Positions 39,785 through 49,044 of a DNA stretch of 64,000 nt are shown here, piece by piece. A program made the translations under genes and the position numbers. Each line of letters opens with the position of its first letter. Within the stretch, counting starts at the first letter, position 1. Source of the DNA: Candidatus Doudnabacteria bacterium (GTDB taxonomy: Bacteria > Patescibacteriota > JAQUNI01); NCBI GenBank assembly GCA_041644975.1, contig JBAZQX010000002.1:20603-84602 (forward strand), written 5' to 3'. The notes beneath the pieces were generated by a model. The model made no database searches. It was not told the origin of the DNA and saw only the letters and a program-made list of their open reading frames with translations.

Positions 39785-41542
39785 TTATTCTTCTTTCATT
39801 TCAAACAATCTCACCCATTTTTCCGTTGCCCGATCTTTTTCTTCGTGGATGAGTTTTACTTTTTTTAATTCCCGTGGATGATAAACCATTTGCGCTAGAA
39901 AGGAGTTAGTCAATTCCTCTGTGCCCAGGGACTGTTCAAGCGCCCCGCGGAAACTATAAGCGATTTTGTCTTGAGGCATTTTATAAATAGCAAAATCCTC
40001 GGAATTAATGAGGAAATATTTGATTCCCTGCTCTTTCGCGTAGGCTACAGCCTCTTCTTCCTTTTGCCAGTAGATTTTGTTTTGGTCAAAGTCAGTTTTT
40101 GCCAGGCGATTTACGGGCGTGAGATTGGTCAAAAAATCATAGTAAGGGGCTTCGCCCCAGTTTAAAAAGATTTTTTCTTGCGGCGGCGTATTCGCCTTCA
40201 TCCATCGCGCCATTGTGTATTCGCCTTCGGTAAGCGCGGGCTTGATCCAATATTTATAGAGAAAGAGAGAGAAAAAAGAAGGGGCGAGGAGGAGAATTAA
40301 GAGGGCGGTGAGGTAGATTTTTTTGTTCACGATCTCCCTGTATTTCTGAAAGTATTTTTTAAAAGCCCAAAGCAGAATTAAAGGCAAAAGAATAAAGATG
40401 ACTTTATCCGGTGTTTTGAGCATTGCCGAGCCGGGATTAAAAAGAAAGATGATGATTAAAGCTGAAGCTACAACATAATCAAGAAGATGGAATTTTTGGC
40501 GATACCAGAAGGCGTAGCTAGCTAAAATGGCGGTGGCAATATTGAGCAGGCGGGAGCCGCGGTCCATCGTGGTCGCAAGGAAGTAGCTGAAAATGAAGAA
40601 GGTCGGGGCAATCACCCTCCTTTTCTGATAGGCGGCATAAAAACCAAAAGGCAGAAAGAAACATAAAACATACAAATCTAAGAATTTTTTGTCTATGTCC
40701 GTCGGTACAAGGTCTTTGGAGTTTTGACCGAGGATAAAAAGAAGGTCAATGCCCTGCAGTTTGAGCAGTAAATGGTGAAGAAACTGAAGAATTTGATCAT
40801 AGAAGACATAACGGCTTAAGACCAAGGTCAGGAAAACAAAAAGATAGAGCAAAAGAACAGCGCCCTTTTTTACCTTTTTGTGTTGGCGGTAGAGGATTTG
40901 GAAAATGGAATAAATTAAGAGAAAGGGCAGGGTGAGTAAAAAGACAGGATTAATATTGAATCCAAGGTAAGCTAAAAGCGAAGAAGCAACTAAATAGGGC
41001 CAATTTTTTTTCAGGCCAGTTTGCCATTCTTCGTAGGTATTAAATCTTTTCCAGAAAGCGACGACGCAGGTCAGGAATCCCAACATAATGGGAAACTGAA
41101 TAAGATCATGGGTAAAAGAAACAACTGATAGAGCTTGCGTTGAAGAGATACCCGTATAGAAGAAAGCGGCGGCGAGCGGAATAAAATAATCATCTTCTTT
41201 GGATTCCTCTTTGGTGTTGGGGAGGATGAGATTTTTCACTAAATAAAAGATCATCACTGCGGTAAGGCTGGAAAGGATAGCGGCGAAAATGCTGACTGCA
41301 TGAAGCAGAGAATCAAAAGGAAAAATTTTGCCGATGAGTCTTAATAGATAAAGCGTGATATCTTTGTTCTTGAAAGTTAAGGCTTGGGTCGCTTTTTGGC
41401 AGTAAATCCAGATTTCGGTGAGATGGGAGGCGTGCCAGCCGTATTTTTCCCAAAAAGCAATGTCCAAAATGACCCTTTGGAATAATCCGTAAACAAAGAT
41501 GATGACGGCCAGCAGCTTGGAATTTTTTAAAAAGTTTTGCAT
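39785..41542 (-). CDS. polytopic membrane protein, putative GT-C fold glycosyltransferase (ArnT/PMT-like) with C-terminal soluble domain
   Basis: More than 12 predicted TM helices followed by a roughly 170-aa hydrophilic C-terminal domain. It lies inside the glycosyltransferase operon. Confidence 0.45.
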   Translation of the reverse strand: MQNFLKNSKLLAVIIFVYGLFQRVILDIAFWEKYGWHASHLTEIWIYCQKATQALTFKNKDITLYLLRLIGKIFPFDSLLHAVSIFAAILSSLTAVMIFYLVKNLILPNTKEESKEDDYFIPLAAAFFYTGISSTQALSVVSFTHDLIQFPIMLGFLTCVVAFWKRFNTYEEWQTGLKKNWPYLVASSLLAYLGFNINPVFLLTLPFLLIYSIFQILYRQHKKVKKGAVLLLYLFVFLTLVLSRYVFYDQILQFLHHLLLKLQGIDLLFILGQNSKDLVPTDIDKKFLDLYVLCFFLPFGFYAAYQKRRVIAPTFFIFSYFLATTMDRGSRLLNIATAILASYAFWYRQKFHLLDYVVASALIIIFLFNPGSAMLKTPDKVIFILLPLILLWAFKKYFQKYREIVNKKIYLTALLILLLAPSFFSLFLYKYWIKPALTEGEYTMARWMKANTPPQEKIFLNWGEAPYYDFLTNLTPVNRLAKTDFDQNKIYWQKEEEAVAYAKEQGIKYFLINSEDFAIYKMPQDKIAYSFRGALEQSLGTEELTNSFLAQMVYHPRELKKVKLIHEEKDRATEKWVRLFEMKEE

Positions 41543-41623
41543 AAAGCAACAGTGTCATTATAAGGAAGACGCCTTTCTTATTTAGTAGAGGAGTAGCAGG
41601 GTCATTTCTTTTTGCGATGATGA

Positions 41624-42703
41624 TTATTTTTTACGCCTTAACGTTTGCCAATATTTGAGAACCCCTACCCCTAATCCTAGAAGAGCGACATTGTTGCGCA
41701 AAACACTGACCGCGGGATAAAGCAGCATCACCCGATCCTTTTTGCGCCACAGGGTCCAAATCATAGGAGGCAGGGTGGAGAGGAAGTAAAGCACGGCGAA
41801 TAAAAAACAACCGAAAAAGAGCAGCGGGTCATTAAAGATGACCGCGAAGAGTAGAATGACAGGGGTTAAAAAAACCAGAACAACTTGAAGTTTAATGATA
41901 TGATCATAAGGATAAGGGGTAACACCTTTTAGATATGGCCGAAAACGGGCATAGGCATAGGAACGTTTTAAAAAGGCCAAGAGTGTGGGTTTGTAGTGAT
42001 GCCAGGCCTTCGCACAGGGGTTATAAACCAGCCGGCCGCCAGAGCGGATCACCCTTGAATTGAATTCTACATCAAAAGAGGAGTTTTTTAAATCAGCACG
42101 GAATTGACCAATTTTTTGGAAGATGGACGCGCGGTAAAGAACATTTGCCGAGGTGAGATGGACTGGACAGCGCGGTTGATGCGCCAGCTTGTATTCTATT
42201 TCCCAGCCTGCCAAGCGCGCGATCCACTTGTCTTTTCGGAATGGTTTTAAGCTACCTCCCACTCCCATTATAGCAGGTCTTTGAAATACGGGGAGATTTT
42301 TCTGAAGCCACTTCCTCTCAATTTTCACGTCCGCTTCCACGAAGGCGATAAAGTCGTAACCTTGCGCTTCTTTGAGCCCAAGGTTTAAAGCCGCTGCCTG
42401 GCTTTGATGTTTCTGCTGTAAGACTTGGATTTCCGGATGTCGACGCGCTAACTCTTGCGCTTTCAGGACAGATTGATCACAAGAGCCGTCATCAATGACT
42501 AAAATCTTTTTCTGCCAAGCACCTTTTTGGCTGATGATTGCTCGAAGGGATTTTTGGATAAACTGTTCATTATTAAATAAACTCACGATAAAGAGAATTT
42601 TTGGGTCGGGAACATTTTTTAGTTGAAGCGGGGTAATGTTGTTTTTTCGGTTAGGGATTGAGGGAAACATAGGATTTTTTTGGGGATAACTTGCTTTTGG
42701 CAA
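41624..42703 (-). CDS. glycosyltransferase family 2 with C-terminal TM helices
   Basis: ILFIVSLFNNEQFIQ ... VIDDGSCDQS and VEAD, with 2-3 C-terminal TM helices. Confidence 0.8.
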   Translation of the reverse strand: MPKASYPQKNPMFPSIPNRKNNITPLQLKNVPDPKILFIVSLFNNEQFIQKSLRAIISQKGAWQKKILVIDDGSCDQSVLKAQELARRHPEIQVLQQKHQSQAAALNLGLKEAQGYDFIAFVEADVKIERKWLQKNLPVFQRPAIMGVGGSLKPFRKDKWIARLAGWEIEYKLAHQPRCPVHLTSANVLYRASIFQKIGQFRADLKNSSFDVEFNSRVIRSGGRLVYNPCAKAWHHYKPTLLAFLKRSYAYARFRPYLKGVTPYPYDHIIKLQVVLVFLTPVILLFAVIFNDPLLFFGCFLFAVLYFLSTLPPMIWTLWRKKDRVMLLYPAVSVLRNNVALLGLGVGVLKYWQTLRRKK

Positions 42704-42901
42704 ATCGCGAGCTCTCGATGTTTAATGGTAATGCCATCACTCCTTGAAACTGCCTTTTATTATAACAAGATCATCTGGTTGTTGCTAGATTTTTACCCTG
42801 TGTTATAATACTAAAAGGAAAACAAAATCAAAGAAAAAGTTTTAAAAAATCTATCATTTCACAGACTGGGGAAAATCATAAAGAGTTTTTATGATTTATC
42901 A

Positions 42902-42928
42902 CCCTACACCTATGTTATAGGTGTAGGG
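42902..42928 (+). promoter_or_regulatory. perfect palindrome ccctacacctat-gtt-ataggtgtaggg immediately upstream of DUF4870 gene
   Basis: 12-bp perfect arms 16 nt before the GTG at 42944. A -10 box tataat lies at about 42806. Confidence 0.3.
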
Positions 42929-42943
42929 GCAAATTTCCAATTT

Positions 42944-43285
42944 GTGACTCTAAAAAAAGTGGCCGAAGACACAAAGACCCCTCCTTCTCCTCAAGGAGGC
43001 AAAGACGTTGAGGAGAATAAAGTTTTAGCGGCGATTAGCTATCTCTGGATTATCAGCTTGGTGATTCTGCTTATAAAGAAAGAGAGTCCTTTCGCGAAAT
43101 TTCACGCTAAGCAAGGGCTGATTTTATGGATTGCTTCAGTTGTCTGCTGGATTATTCCAGTGGTGGGTTGGATTTTGAATTTGGTGATTTTCATCTTTAT
43201 TGTCATTGGTTTTATTCAGGCTATGTCAGGAAAATGGTGGAAGGTGCCGGGGGTGGGTCAGATCGCGGAAAAAATCAAAATTTAA
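42944..43285 (+). CDS. DUF4870-like small membrane protein
   Basis: VLAAISYLWIISLVIL ... with 2-3 TM helices. GTG start. Confidence 0.5.
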   Translation: MTLKKVAEDTKTPPSPQGGKDVEENKVLAAISYLWIISLVILLIKKESPFAKFHAKQGLILWIASVVCWIIPVVGWILNLVIFIFIVIGFIQAMSGKWWKVPGVGQIAEKIKI

Positions 43286-43429
43286 ATTCTCAAAAATTGG
43301 CTTTAGAATTGGAAGGGGTTCTCTTTTTTTCAAGAGGCGGATTTCTTGTTGGTTTTATTCCACCATGAGAATATTGTAGGTGTTAGCTTATGACGATAAA
43401 CATTTAAGTTATTCTAAAATTTTAATTTT

Positions 43430-44884
43430 GTGTTGAAAAAGCAAACAAAAATTATCTGCACCATTGGACCAGCATCCAGCAGGATGGAGACTATTCTGAC
43501 GATGCTGAAAGAAGGGATGGATGTGGCCCGGGTTAATTTTTCCCACGGAACACAGGAGGATAACGGCGCTTTGATCCGCAATGTGCGCGGCGCGGCGCGC
43601 GCTCTGGGGAAAGGAGTGGCGATTATTCAAGATCTTCAAGGGCCGCGCGTGCGCGTGAGCAACATTAAAAAAGGAGGTTTAACATTAAATGAAGGTGAAA
43701 TCGCGATTATTACTACCGCACCCCTTACCCCGCGACAGAAAAAAAATCAAGACAAGCTCAAGGTTTTTCAGGTTGCTTACAAGAAGTTGGATCAAGATCT
43801 AAAAAAAGGAAGAATTATTTTGATTGATGACGGTCTCCTTAAACTTAAAGTCCTCGCTATTAGCAAGAGAGAGATTAAGTGCCGCGTTTTGATTGGCGGT
43901 TTGCTCACTTCCGGGCGAGGAATGAATTTTCCAGGGTCTGCTTTGGGTCTATCCGCCATCACCCCCAAGGACAGACAGGACTTAGAGTATGGGATCAAGA
44001 TAGGAGTTGATTTTGTCGCCCTTTCTTTTGTGCAGAGTACAGAGGATGTGTTGGCTCTAAGACGTTTGATTAAGGTCTACGAGAATCGGGAAACGCCGCG
44101 GACCAAGATTATTGCCAAGATTGAAAAAGAGGAGGCTTTAAATAATTTAGAAGCGATCATTGAGGAAGCGGATGGCATTATGATCGCGCGCGGAGATTTG
44201 GGTATTGAAATTGATCCTACACGTCTGCCCTTAATTCAAAAAGAGATTATTAGCAAGTGTTTAGCCGCGGCGAAGCCGGTGATTGTGGCTACTCATATGT
44301 TGGATTCTATGCAGGAGAATCCTCGGCCGACGCGAGCGGAAATTTCCGACGTTGCCAACAGCGTGATGGACCATGTCGACGCGGTGATGTTGTCCCAAGA
44401 AACGGCAACAGGCAAGTATCCTACAGAGGCGGTGAAGTTTATGGCCCGCACCTGCGTCGAGACCGAACGCTCGCCCTATGATGATATTATTTATCCCTCT
44501 CATCCCACAAAGAAAGAGCTATCGCCGGTTTTAGCGATGAGTCAGGCGGCTTGCATTCTGGTTTCCAATATTCGCGCCAAAGCGATTTTAGTGACTACGC
44601 GTTCTGGTTTTTCCGCCCGGGCGCTTGTGAGCCACAGGCCGAACGCCAGTTCCATTATTGTCGTAACCGGCAGCCCCAATGTTTACCGCGAACTTTTGCT
44701 TTCTTGGGGTATCACTCCTTATCTTGTTCAGGATTTTCACGATAGCCAGATGCTCATCCAGAAGAGTATAAAGACACTTCAGAAAGAAGAATTGGTAAAG
44801 GCAGGGGACAGGGTGGTAGTAATGACTGGATTTAAAGAGCGAGGCAATGGCTGGTCCACGTCTTTACGCATTGTGACTGTTTGA
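43430..44884 (+). CDS. pyk: pyruvate kinase
   Basis: KIICTIGPAS ... ARVNFSHG ... MIARGDLGIEI, full-length. Confidence 0.95.
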   Translation: MLKKQTKIICTIGPASSRMETILTMLKEGMDVARVNFSHGTQEDNGALIRNVRGAARALGKGVAIIQDLQGPRVRVSNIKKGGLTLNEGEIAIITTAPLTPRQKKNQDKLKVFQVAYKKLDQDLKKGRIILIDDGLLKLKVLAISKREIKCRVLIGGLLTSGRGMNFPGSALGLSAITPKDRQDLEYGIKIGVDFVALSFVQSTEDVLALRRLIKVYENRETPRTKIIAKIEKEEALNNLEAIIEEADGIMIARGDLGIEIDPTRLPLIQKEIISKCLAAAKPVIVATHMLDSMQENPRPTRAEISDVANSVMDHVDAVMLSQETATGKYPTEAVKFMARTCVETERSPYDDIIYPSHPTKKELSPVLAMSQAACILVSNIRAKAILVTTRSGFSARALVSHRPNASSIIVVTGSPNVYRELLLSWGITPYLVQDFHDSQMLIQKSIKTLQKEELVKAGDRVVVMTGFKERGNGWSTSLRIVTV

Positions 44885-45151
44885 CTTTTTTTCTTTTTAT
44901 ATTATAATTAAAGCACCTAAGACATGGGTGTTTTTTGGTTTTTACTTAACACTAATGAAAGGGGTGATAAGGTGAAAAGAAGCTTGTACCTCCGTGGGGA
45001 CTCGTTCTTTGGCATACTGACAATCCATCGCTTTGGGAGGTGATGAATGATGCGGGGGAAAGTAAAGTTTTTGTTCCTTGTTCCAATTTGACTGCAGCCC
45101 TTTTTGTTTTAGGCCTATCCAATAAACTTTCAAGAATGAAGGAGAACTAAG

Positions 45152-45415
45152 ATGACTCGACAAGCATTTAAAAACAGCGTTATTGCAATCATCAAGCAAG
45201 CGTGTAAAGCAGTAAATTTTTCCCTGGTTAGTTTCAGGGAAATTGCATTCTTTCAAAGAACTGGAAGCACCGTAAGGAAGATTGTTAAAATTCCTCGGAA
45301 GATTGTTAACGCTATTGGATTGTCGCAGCAAAAGTTTCAGGGTAGTGCGGATTACATCCTAGGTTTAATTCTTAAGGATGTGGGACATTTATTAAAGGCT
45401 GCAGAAACAGTATAG
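45152..45415 (+). CDS. hypothetical small basic protein
   Basis: The SD gaaggag lies 7 nt before the ATG. It is followed by terminator 45444-45474. Confidence 0.4.
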   Translation: MTRQAFKNSVIAIIKQACKAVNFSLVSFREIAFFQRTGSTVRKIVKIPRKIVNAIGLSQQKFQGSADYILGLILKDVGHLLKAAETV

Positions 45416-45443
45416 TTTGGTTTGAGTTTAATATTTAGTCCGA

Positions 45444-45474
45444 GGGCATTGGTAAACAGTGCCCTTTTCTTTTT
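45444..45474 (+). terminator. rho-independent terminator
   Basis: Stem gggcattg / cagtgccc followed by ttttctttttgg. Confidence 0.5.
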
Positions 45475-45516
45475 GGCTAAATTTCGTTATAATTAAGAAA
45501 ATTGCGCTTAAAAATA

Positions 45517-45550
45517 GCAGTAGAGACAGATTTTAAACCTGTCTCTGCAG
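45517..45550. repeat. family E palindrome copy 2 (gcagtagagacagattttaaacctgtctctgcag)
   Basis: It shares a 30-mer with 27621-27655 apart from one substitution. Confidence 0.5.
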
Positions 45551-45576
45551 TGTCTATCAAGATTCATAAAAGCAAG

Positions 45577-45665
45577 GGAGAGGTCGCATAGTTGGTCTAG
45601 TGCGCACGCTTGGAAAGCGTGTATGCCGCAAGGCATCGCGAGTTCGAATCTCGCCCTCTCCGCCA
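45577..45665 (+). tRNA. tRNA-Ser (anticodon GGA), type II, CCA encoded
   Basis: Manual fold gives acceptor GGAGAGG/CCTCTCC, anticodon arm CACGC-TTGGAAA-GCGTG, variable arm ATGCC-GCAA-GGCAT, T-arm GCGAG-TTCGAAT-CTCGC. Confidence 0.85.
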
Positions 45666-45736
45666 AGATCGCCAAGGCTTCAGAACGGCAGGCCTTTGTT
45701 ATGTACTACGTTTATATAATTTTTAGTAATAAAACT

Positions 45737-45811
45737 ATGGCAAATTCTAAAGAAGCAAAAGCGAGAATAAAAATAAACAAACTGCTTGAACCCAGCTTAT
45801 TAGTTGCGTAA
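45737..45811 (+). pseudogene. 25-codon remnant resembling the N-terminus of a type I restriction enzyme R subunit (HsdR_N)
   Basis: MANSKEAKARIKINKLLE matches the EA-x-TR-x-K-ID-x-LL N-terminal signature and is truncated by a stop. It sits 72 nt after tRNA-Ser. Confidence 0.3.
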
Positions 45812-45859
45812 TTAAATAACCTTTTATGGTATAATATACATGTCATAATTTTAATTTTT

Positions 45860-46020
45860 ACCGCGAAGCGGTGGGAAAAATTTCCCTTTTCCTTTTACCT
45901 GCCCGCCAAAGCGTTAGTGTCGGAGGGGCTTCCTTATTGGGGATTTTACTTAAAGAATGTTCCCTCCAGAGGCGGGCAGGCGAACTTCGTCCAAAAAACA
46001 CCGCCTTTGGTTCGATGGGA
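45860..46020. repeat. long GC-rich imperfect palindrome / structured element (cctgcccgcc ... ggcgggcagg)
   Basis: Nested complementary pairs: gcggtg (45868) with caccgc (46009), cctgcccgcc (45898) with ggcgggcagg (45971), and ggaggg with ccctcc. The overlapping ORFs on both strands are implausible. Confidence 0.4.
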
Positions 46021-46084
46021 AGCCTGTTAACTATTGACAATAACATTAACATATGTTAACTTTAAGAAAGTGACTTAACAGCCT

Positions 46085-46810
46085 ATGGAATTAAAAGAAT
46101 TTTATACTACAAAAGAATTGGCCGAGTTGTTAGGAATCAGCCGGGTGGCTGTTTTTAACAGGATTAAAAAAGGCGATATTAAAGCGCAAAAAATGGGTCG
46201 TAATTTTATTATTTTCAAAAAAGATATTGGGGATATAGATGTTTTTTTGAGTGATTTATTTAGGACTGCCAAGGATTGGGCAATTTCGCAAAAAGAATTT
46301 CCCGAGCAATTTTATTGTCAAAATAGCGGAGTGTTTCAGGCTCGCGTTACAAAAATGGGTGGCTTAATGATGGAAAACAAAGACGCGAAAGAATTATTTT
46401 CCTTGCTTACATCTATCGCTGGTGAAATAGGAAATAATTCATATGATCATAATCTGGGTCAGTGGCCAGATGACCCCGGTATTTTTTTTGGCTACGATTT
46501 AGATAAAAAGCAAATTGTTTTAGCCGATAGAGGATTAGGAATATTGAAAACTTTAAAAAGAGTAAAGCCAGAACTTGAAGACCATGAACAGGCATTGAGG
46601 GTTGCATTTACTGAAATAATTTCTGGCAGAAAGCCAGAGGCTCGAGGCAATGGATTAAAATATGTTAGAAGCGTTATCGCGAATAATCCAATAAATTTAA
46701 TTTTTCAAACAGGTAATGCGAAATTAATATTAAACAGCGGCAGTGCGAATTTGAATATTAAAATAGCCAAGGAAAATATCCGTGGTTGCATTGCCTTAAT
46801 TACTTATTGA
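46085..46810 (+). CDS. HTH (excisionase/MerR-like HTH_17) domain fused to GHKL-type ATPase (anti-sigma-factor-kinase-like HATPase)
   Basis: The N-terminus TTKELAELLGISRVAVFNRIKKGDIKAQKMGRNFII is a helix-turn-helix. The C-terminus carries GHKL boxes: N-box EIGNNSYDHN, G1 LADRGLGI, G2 ARGNGLKYV. Confidence 0.55.
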   Translation: MELKEFYTTKELAELLGISRVAVFNRIKKGDIKAQKMGRNFIIFKKDIGDIDVFLSDLFRTAKDWAISQKEFPEQFYCQNSGVFQARVTKMGGLMMENKDAKELFSLLTSIAGEIGNNSYDHNLGQWPDDPGIFFGYDLDKKQIVLADRGLGILKTLKRVKPELEDHEQALRVAFTEIISGRKPEARGNGLKYVRSVIANNPINLIFQTGNAKLILNSGSANLNIKIAKENIRGCIALITY

Positions 46811-46812
46811 CT

Positions 46813-47082
46813 ATGATTATAGAAATAAAAAAATTTGGCACAACATTAATTTCTCGACAAACGGGAAGAGAGGCTTTTTTGGCCTTGCAACCGTTTTTAA
46901 AAGATGTAAAAGAGGGCGAAATAATTGAGGTGGATTTTGACGGCGTCCTGACTTTTTCACCATCTTGGGGGGATGAGTTTTTGACGCCGTTATTCAATAT
47001 TTATGGAGATAGATTGGTTTTAAAGAACACAAGCAATCCTTCAGTGCAAGCCACTTTAGATATACTAGGGAAAACCATTTAA
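46813..47082 (+). CDS. STAS-like small protein (DUF4325-type anti-sigma-antagonist-like domain)
   Basis: 89 aa, EIIEVDFDGVLTFSPSWGDEFLTPLF. It starts 3 nt after the GHKL gene stop. Confidence 0.5.
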   Translation: MIIEIKKFGTTLISRQTGREAFLALQPFLKDVKEGEIIEVDFDGVLTFSPSWGDEFLTPLFNIYGDRLVLKNTSNPSVQATLDILGKTI

Positions 47083-47087
47083 AAAAT

Positions 47088-47816
47088 ATGATTGATAGAC
47101 CGATTACAACTTTATTTATGTTGAGTTCGCTGGATGGGAAGATTTCGACTGGCGATATGGACGAGATGGATACTGATTCTGATTTTCGGAAGATTAAAGG
47201 GATCAAAGAGGGAGTCCAGCAGTATTATGATCTTGAAAAAACCACGGATATGCATTTTTTGATCACGGGTAAGGTAATGACGAAGCAATGTGAGTCGTTG
47301 AATGTGAATAATAGAAAAGACGAGCCGACTAAGCTTTCGGCTAACTGCATAATAGTAGACGGAGTTCATTTGCAAGAAAGTGGCATTCTATATCTTTTAA
47401 AAAAGTTTAATTCATTAACTGTCGTAACAACTAACGAAAATCATCCGGCAATAAAAATCAAATCGGAAAATTTAAAAATAATCAGTTACAAAGATAAAAT
47501 TAATTTTTCGGATTTATTCAAAAAGCTGAAGTCAGATTATGGTATTAAAAGAATTACCATTCAGTCTGGTGGCACAATGAATGCGGTCCTCTTAAGAAAC
47601 AAATTGATTGACCGTATTTCATTAGTGGTTGCCCCTTGTCTTATTGGCGGGAAAGACACTGCCAGTTTGATTGGCGGAGAATCGTTGCATAATCAAAAAG
47701 AACTAAAATATGTTAAAGCGTTAAGACTCAAGCGGTGCGATGTATTAGAAAATTCGTACTTGCATTTGCAATATGATGTCATTAACAAAAAAGAAGTTGA
47801 AAAATTTGTTATGTAG
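47088..47816 (+). CDS. RibD C-terminal domain / dihydrofolate-reductase-like family protein
   Basis: TTLFMLSSLDGKI ... ITIQSGGTMNAVLLRNKLIDRISLVVAPCLIGG, as in the RibD_C reductase fold. Confidence 0.6.
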   Translation: MIDRPITTLFMLSSLDGKISTGDMDEMDTDSDFRKIKGIKEGVQQYYDLEKTTDMHFLITGKVMTKQCESLNVNNRKDEPTKLSANCIIVDGVHLQESGILYLLKKFNSLTVVTTNENHPAIKIKSENLKIISYKDKINFSDLFKKLKSDYGIKRITIQSGGTMNAVLLRNKLIDRISLVVAPCLIGGKDTASLIGGESLHNQKELKYVKALRLKRCDVLENSYLHLQYDVINKKEVEKFVM

Positions 47817-47876
47817 ACAGCAGGCGCAATAATCATCTATGCCATAATTATAAGAATGTAACAAACAATAAAAAAT

Positions 47877-48200
47877 ATGGACACAAAAAATATAACCACG
47901 GCTTTTGAACTGCCGGGCAAAAAGATAACCCGAAATTTGGGTTTGGTGCGGGGTATCACTGTCCGCTCAAGGTCAATTTTTGGCTCAATCGGCGGCTCCT
48001 TGCAAACTTTGGTTGGAGGAAACATTTCGCTGTTCACTTCTTTATGCGAGAAAACGCGCCAGCAGTCGTTTGACTTAATGGTAAAGCATGCCGAGGAAAT
48101 GGGCGCCAATGCCATTATCGCGGTGCGCTATGATGCCAATGAAGTTATGTCCGGCGTAACTGAAGTGCTTTGCTATGGTACTGCAGTGGTGGTTGAATAA
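47877..48200 (+). CDS. YbjQ/UPF0145 family protein
   Basis: [12 protein letters not shown] ... [11 protein letters not shown] ... is typical of the heavy-metal-binding-like YbjQ domain. Confidence 0.75.
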   Translation: MDTKNITTAFELPGKKITRNLGLVRGITVRSRSIFGSIGGSLQTLVGGNISLFTSLCEKTRQQSFDLMVKHAEEMGANAIIAVRYDANEVMSGVTEVLCYGTAVVVE

Positions 48201-48319
48201 AAGATTAGCAAAATAAATTTTTTCAATGAATTTCCAATAAATTGAACTTCAGATATCTCGGAACGTTATACGCCATAATTAAAAGCCTTAATAAAAATAG
48301 CCTTCAAAAAAAACAATAT

Positions 48320-48649
48320 ATGAGTATGAAATCCGCTCAAGAACAAATCAAAAACATTTTTGACGAGATTAATAAAAAGAAAGGATTAAAACCAGATCCA
48401 TATTATTCCTTTGTCAGAATAGTGGAAGAGATCGGCGAAGTCGCCCGACAGATTTTTAGCAAAAAAGTTCGTCCTGAAAAGTATGACGAGGAAAATTTCA
48501 AAGAAGAGATCGTGGATGTTATCATAGAATTGTTGTACTACAGTTCTTTGCACGGCATTGAAATAGAAAAAATGATTTTTGAGAAATTGGAAAAAATACG
48601 TCAAAATAATTTAAACAGCAAGCCCAAAAATTCACATAACAGCGTGTGA
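48320..48649 (+). CDS. MazG-like nucleotide pyrophosphohydrolase
   Basis: Four-helix EE motifs VEEIGEVARQI ... EEIVDVIIELL. Confidence 0.6.
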   Translation: MSMKSAQEQIKNIFDEINKKKGLKPDPYYSFVRIVEEIGEVARQIFSKKVRPEKYDEENFKEEIVDVIIELLYYSSLHGIEIEKMIFEKLEKIRQNNLNSKPKNSHNSV

Positions 48650-48708
48650 TGAAGCATGTGGTTCAATTCATAAGAGTTGAATCATCAGTTTAATATTAAC
48701 AAATCAAT

Positions 48709-49020
48709 ATGAAGCAGACAAAATTAATTTTCACAGGTTTTCTGGACGCGTTTAGTGTTGCTGTTTATGTAGTCGTGATATCATTGATTCTAGGGCAGGG
48801 CGAAAAAATATTCGGCAAGATGGATAATTTTCTCGGGCCCGTGGCGCTCTTACTGCTTCTCGTTTTGTCCGCCGCGATTACCGGAGCGCTCACGCTCGGC
48901 CGACCGATTCTTCTTTATCTTCAAGGTTGTAAGAGGGAGGCGATTGGGCTTTTTCTTTACACTCTAGGCTGGCTTTTTTTAATGACCTTGTTGGTTTTTA
49001 TATTGCAAGTTTTAAAATAA
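48709..49020 (+). CDS. small membrane protein (possible NfeD-like partner of SPFH protein)
   Basis: 103 aa with 3 TM helices, directly upstream of the SPFH gene. Confidence 0.4.
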   Translation: MKQTKLIFTGFLDAFSVAVYVVVISLILGQGEKIFGKMDNFLGPVALLLLLVLSAAITGALTLGRPILLYLQGCKREAIGLFLYTLGWLFLMTLLVFILQVLK

Positions 49021-49044
49021 AATTTATTCTTAAAACATAAAAAT

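Noticed and set aside
44942-45331. 129-aa minus-strand ORF
   Set aside because: Low-complexity and no SD. It is antisense to a plus-strand small ORF that has a canonical SD and terminator, so it is likely spurious.
45623-45811. 62-aa ORF overlapping the tRNA-Ser 3-prime half
   Set aside because: It starts inside the tRNA. Only its last 25 codons (the HsdR-like remnant) are meaningful.
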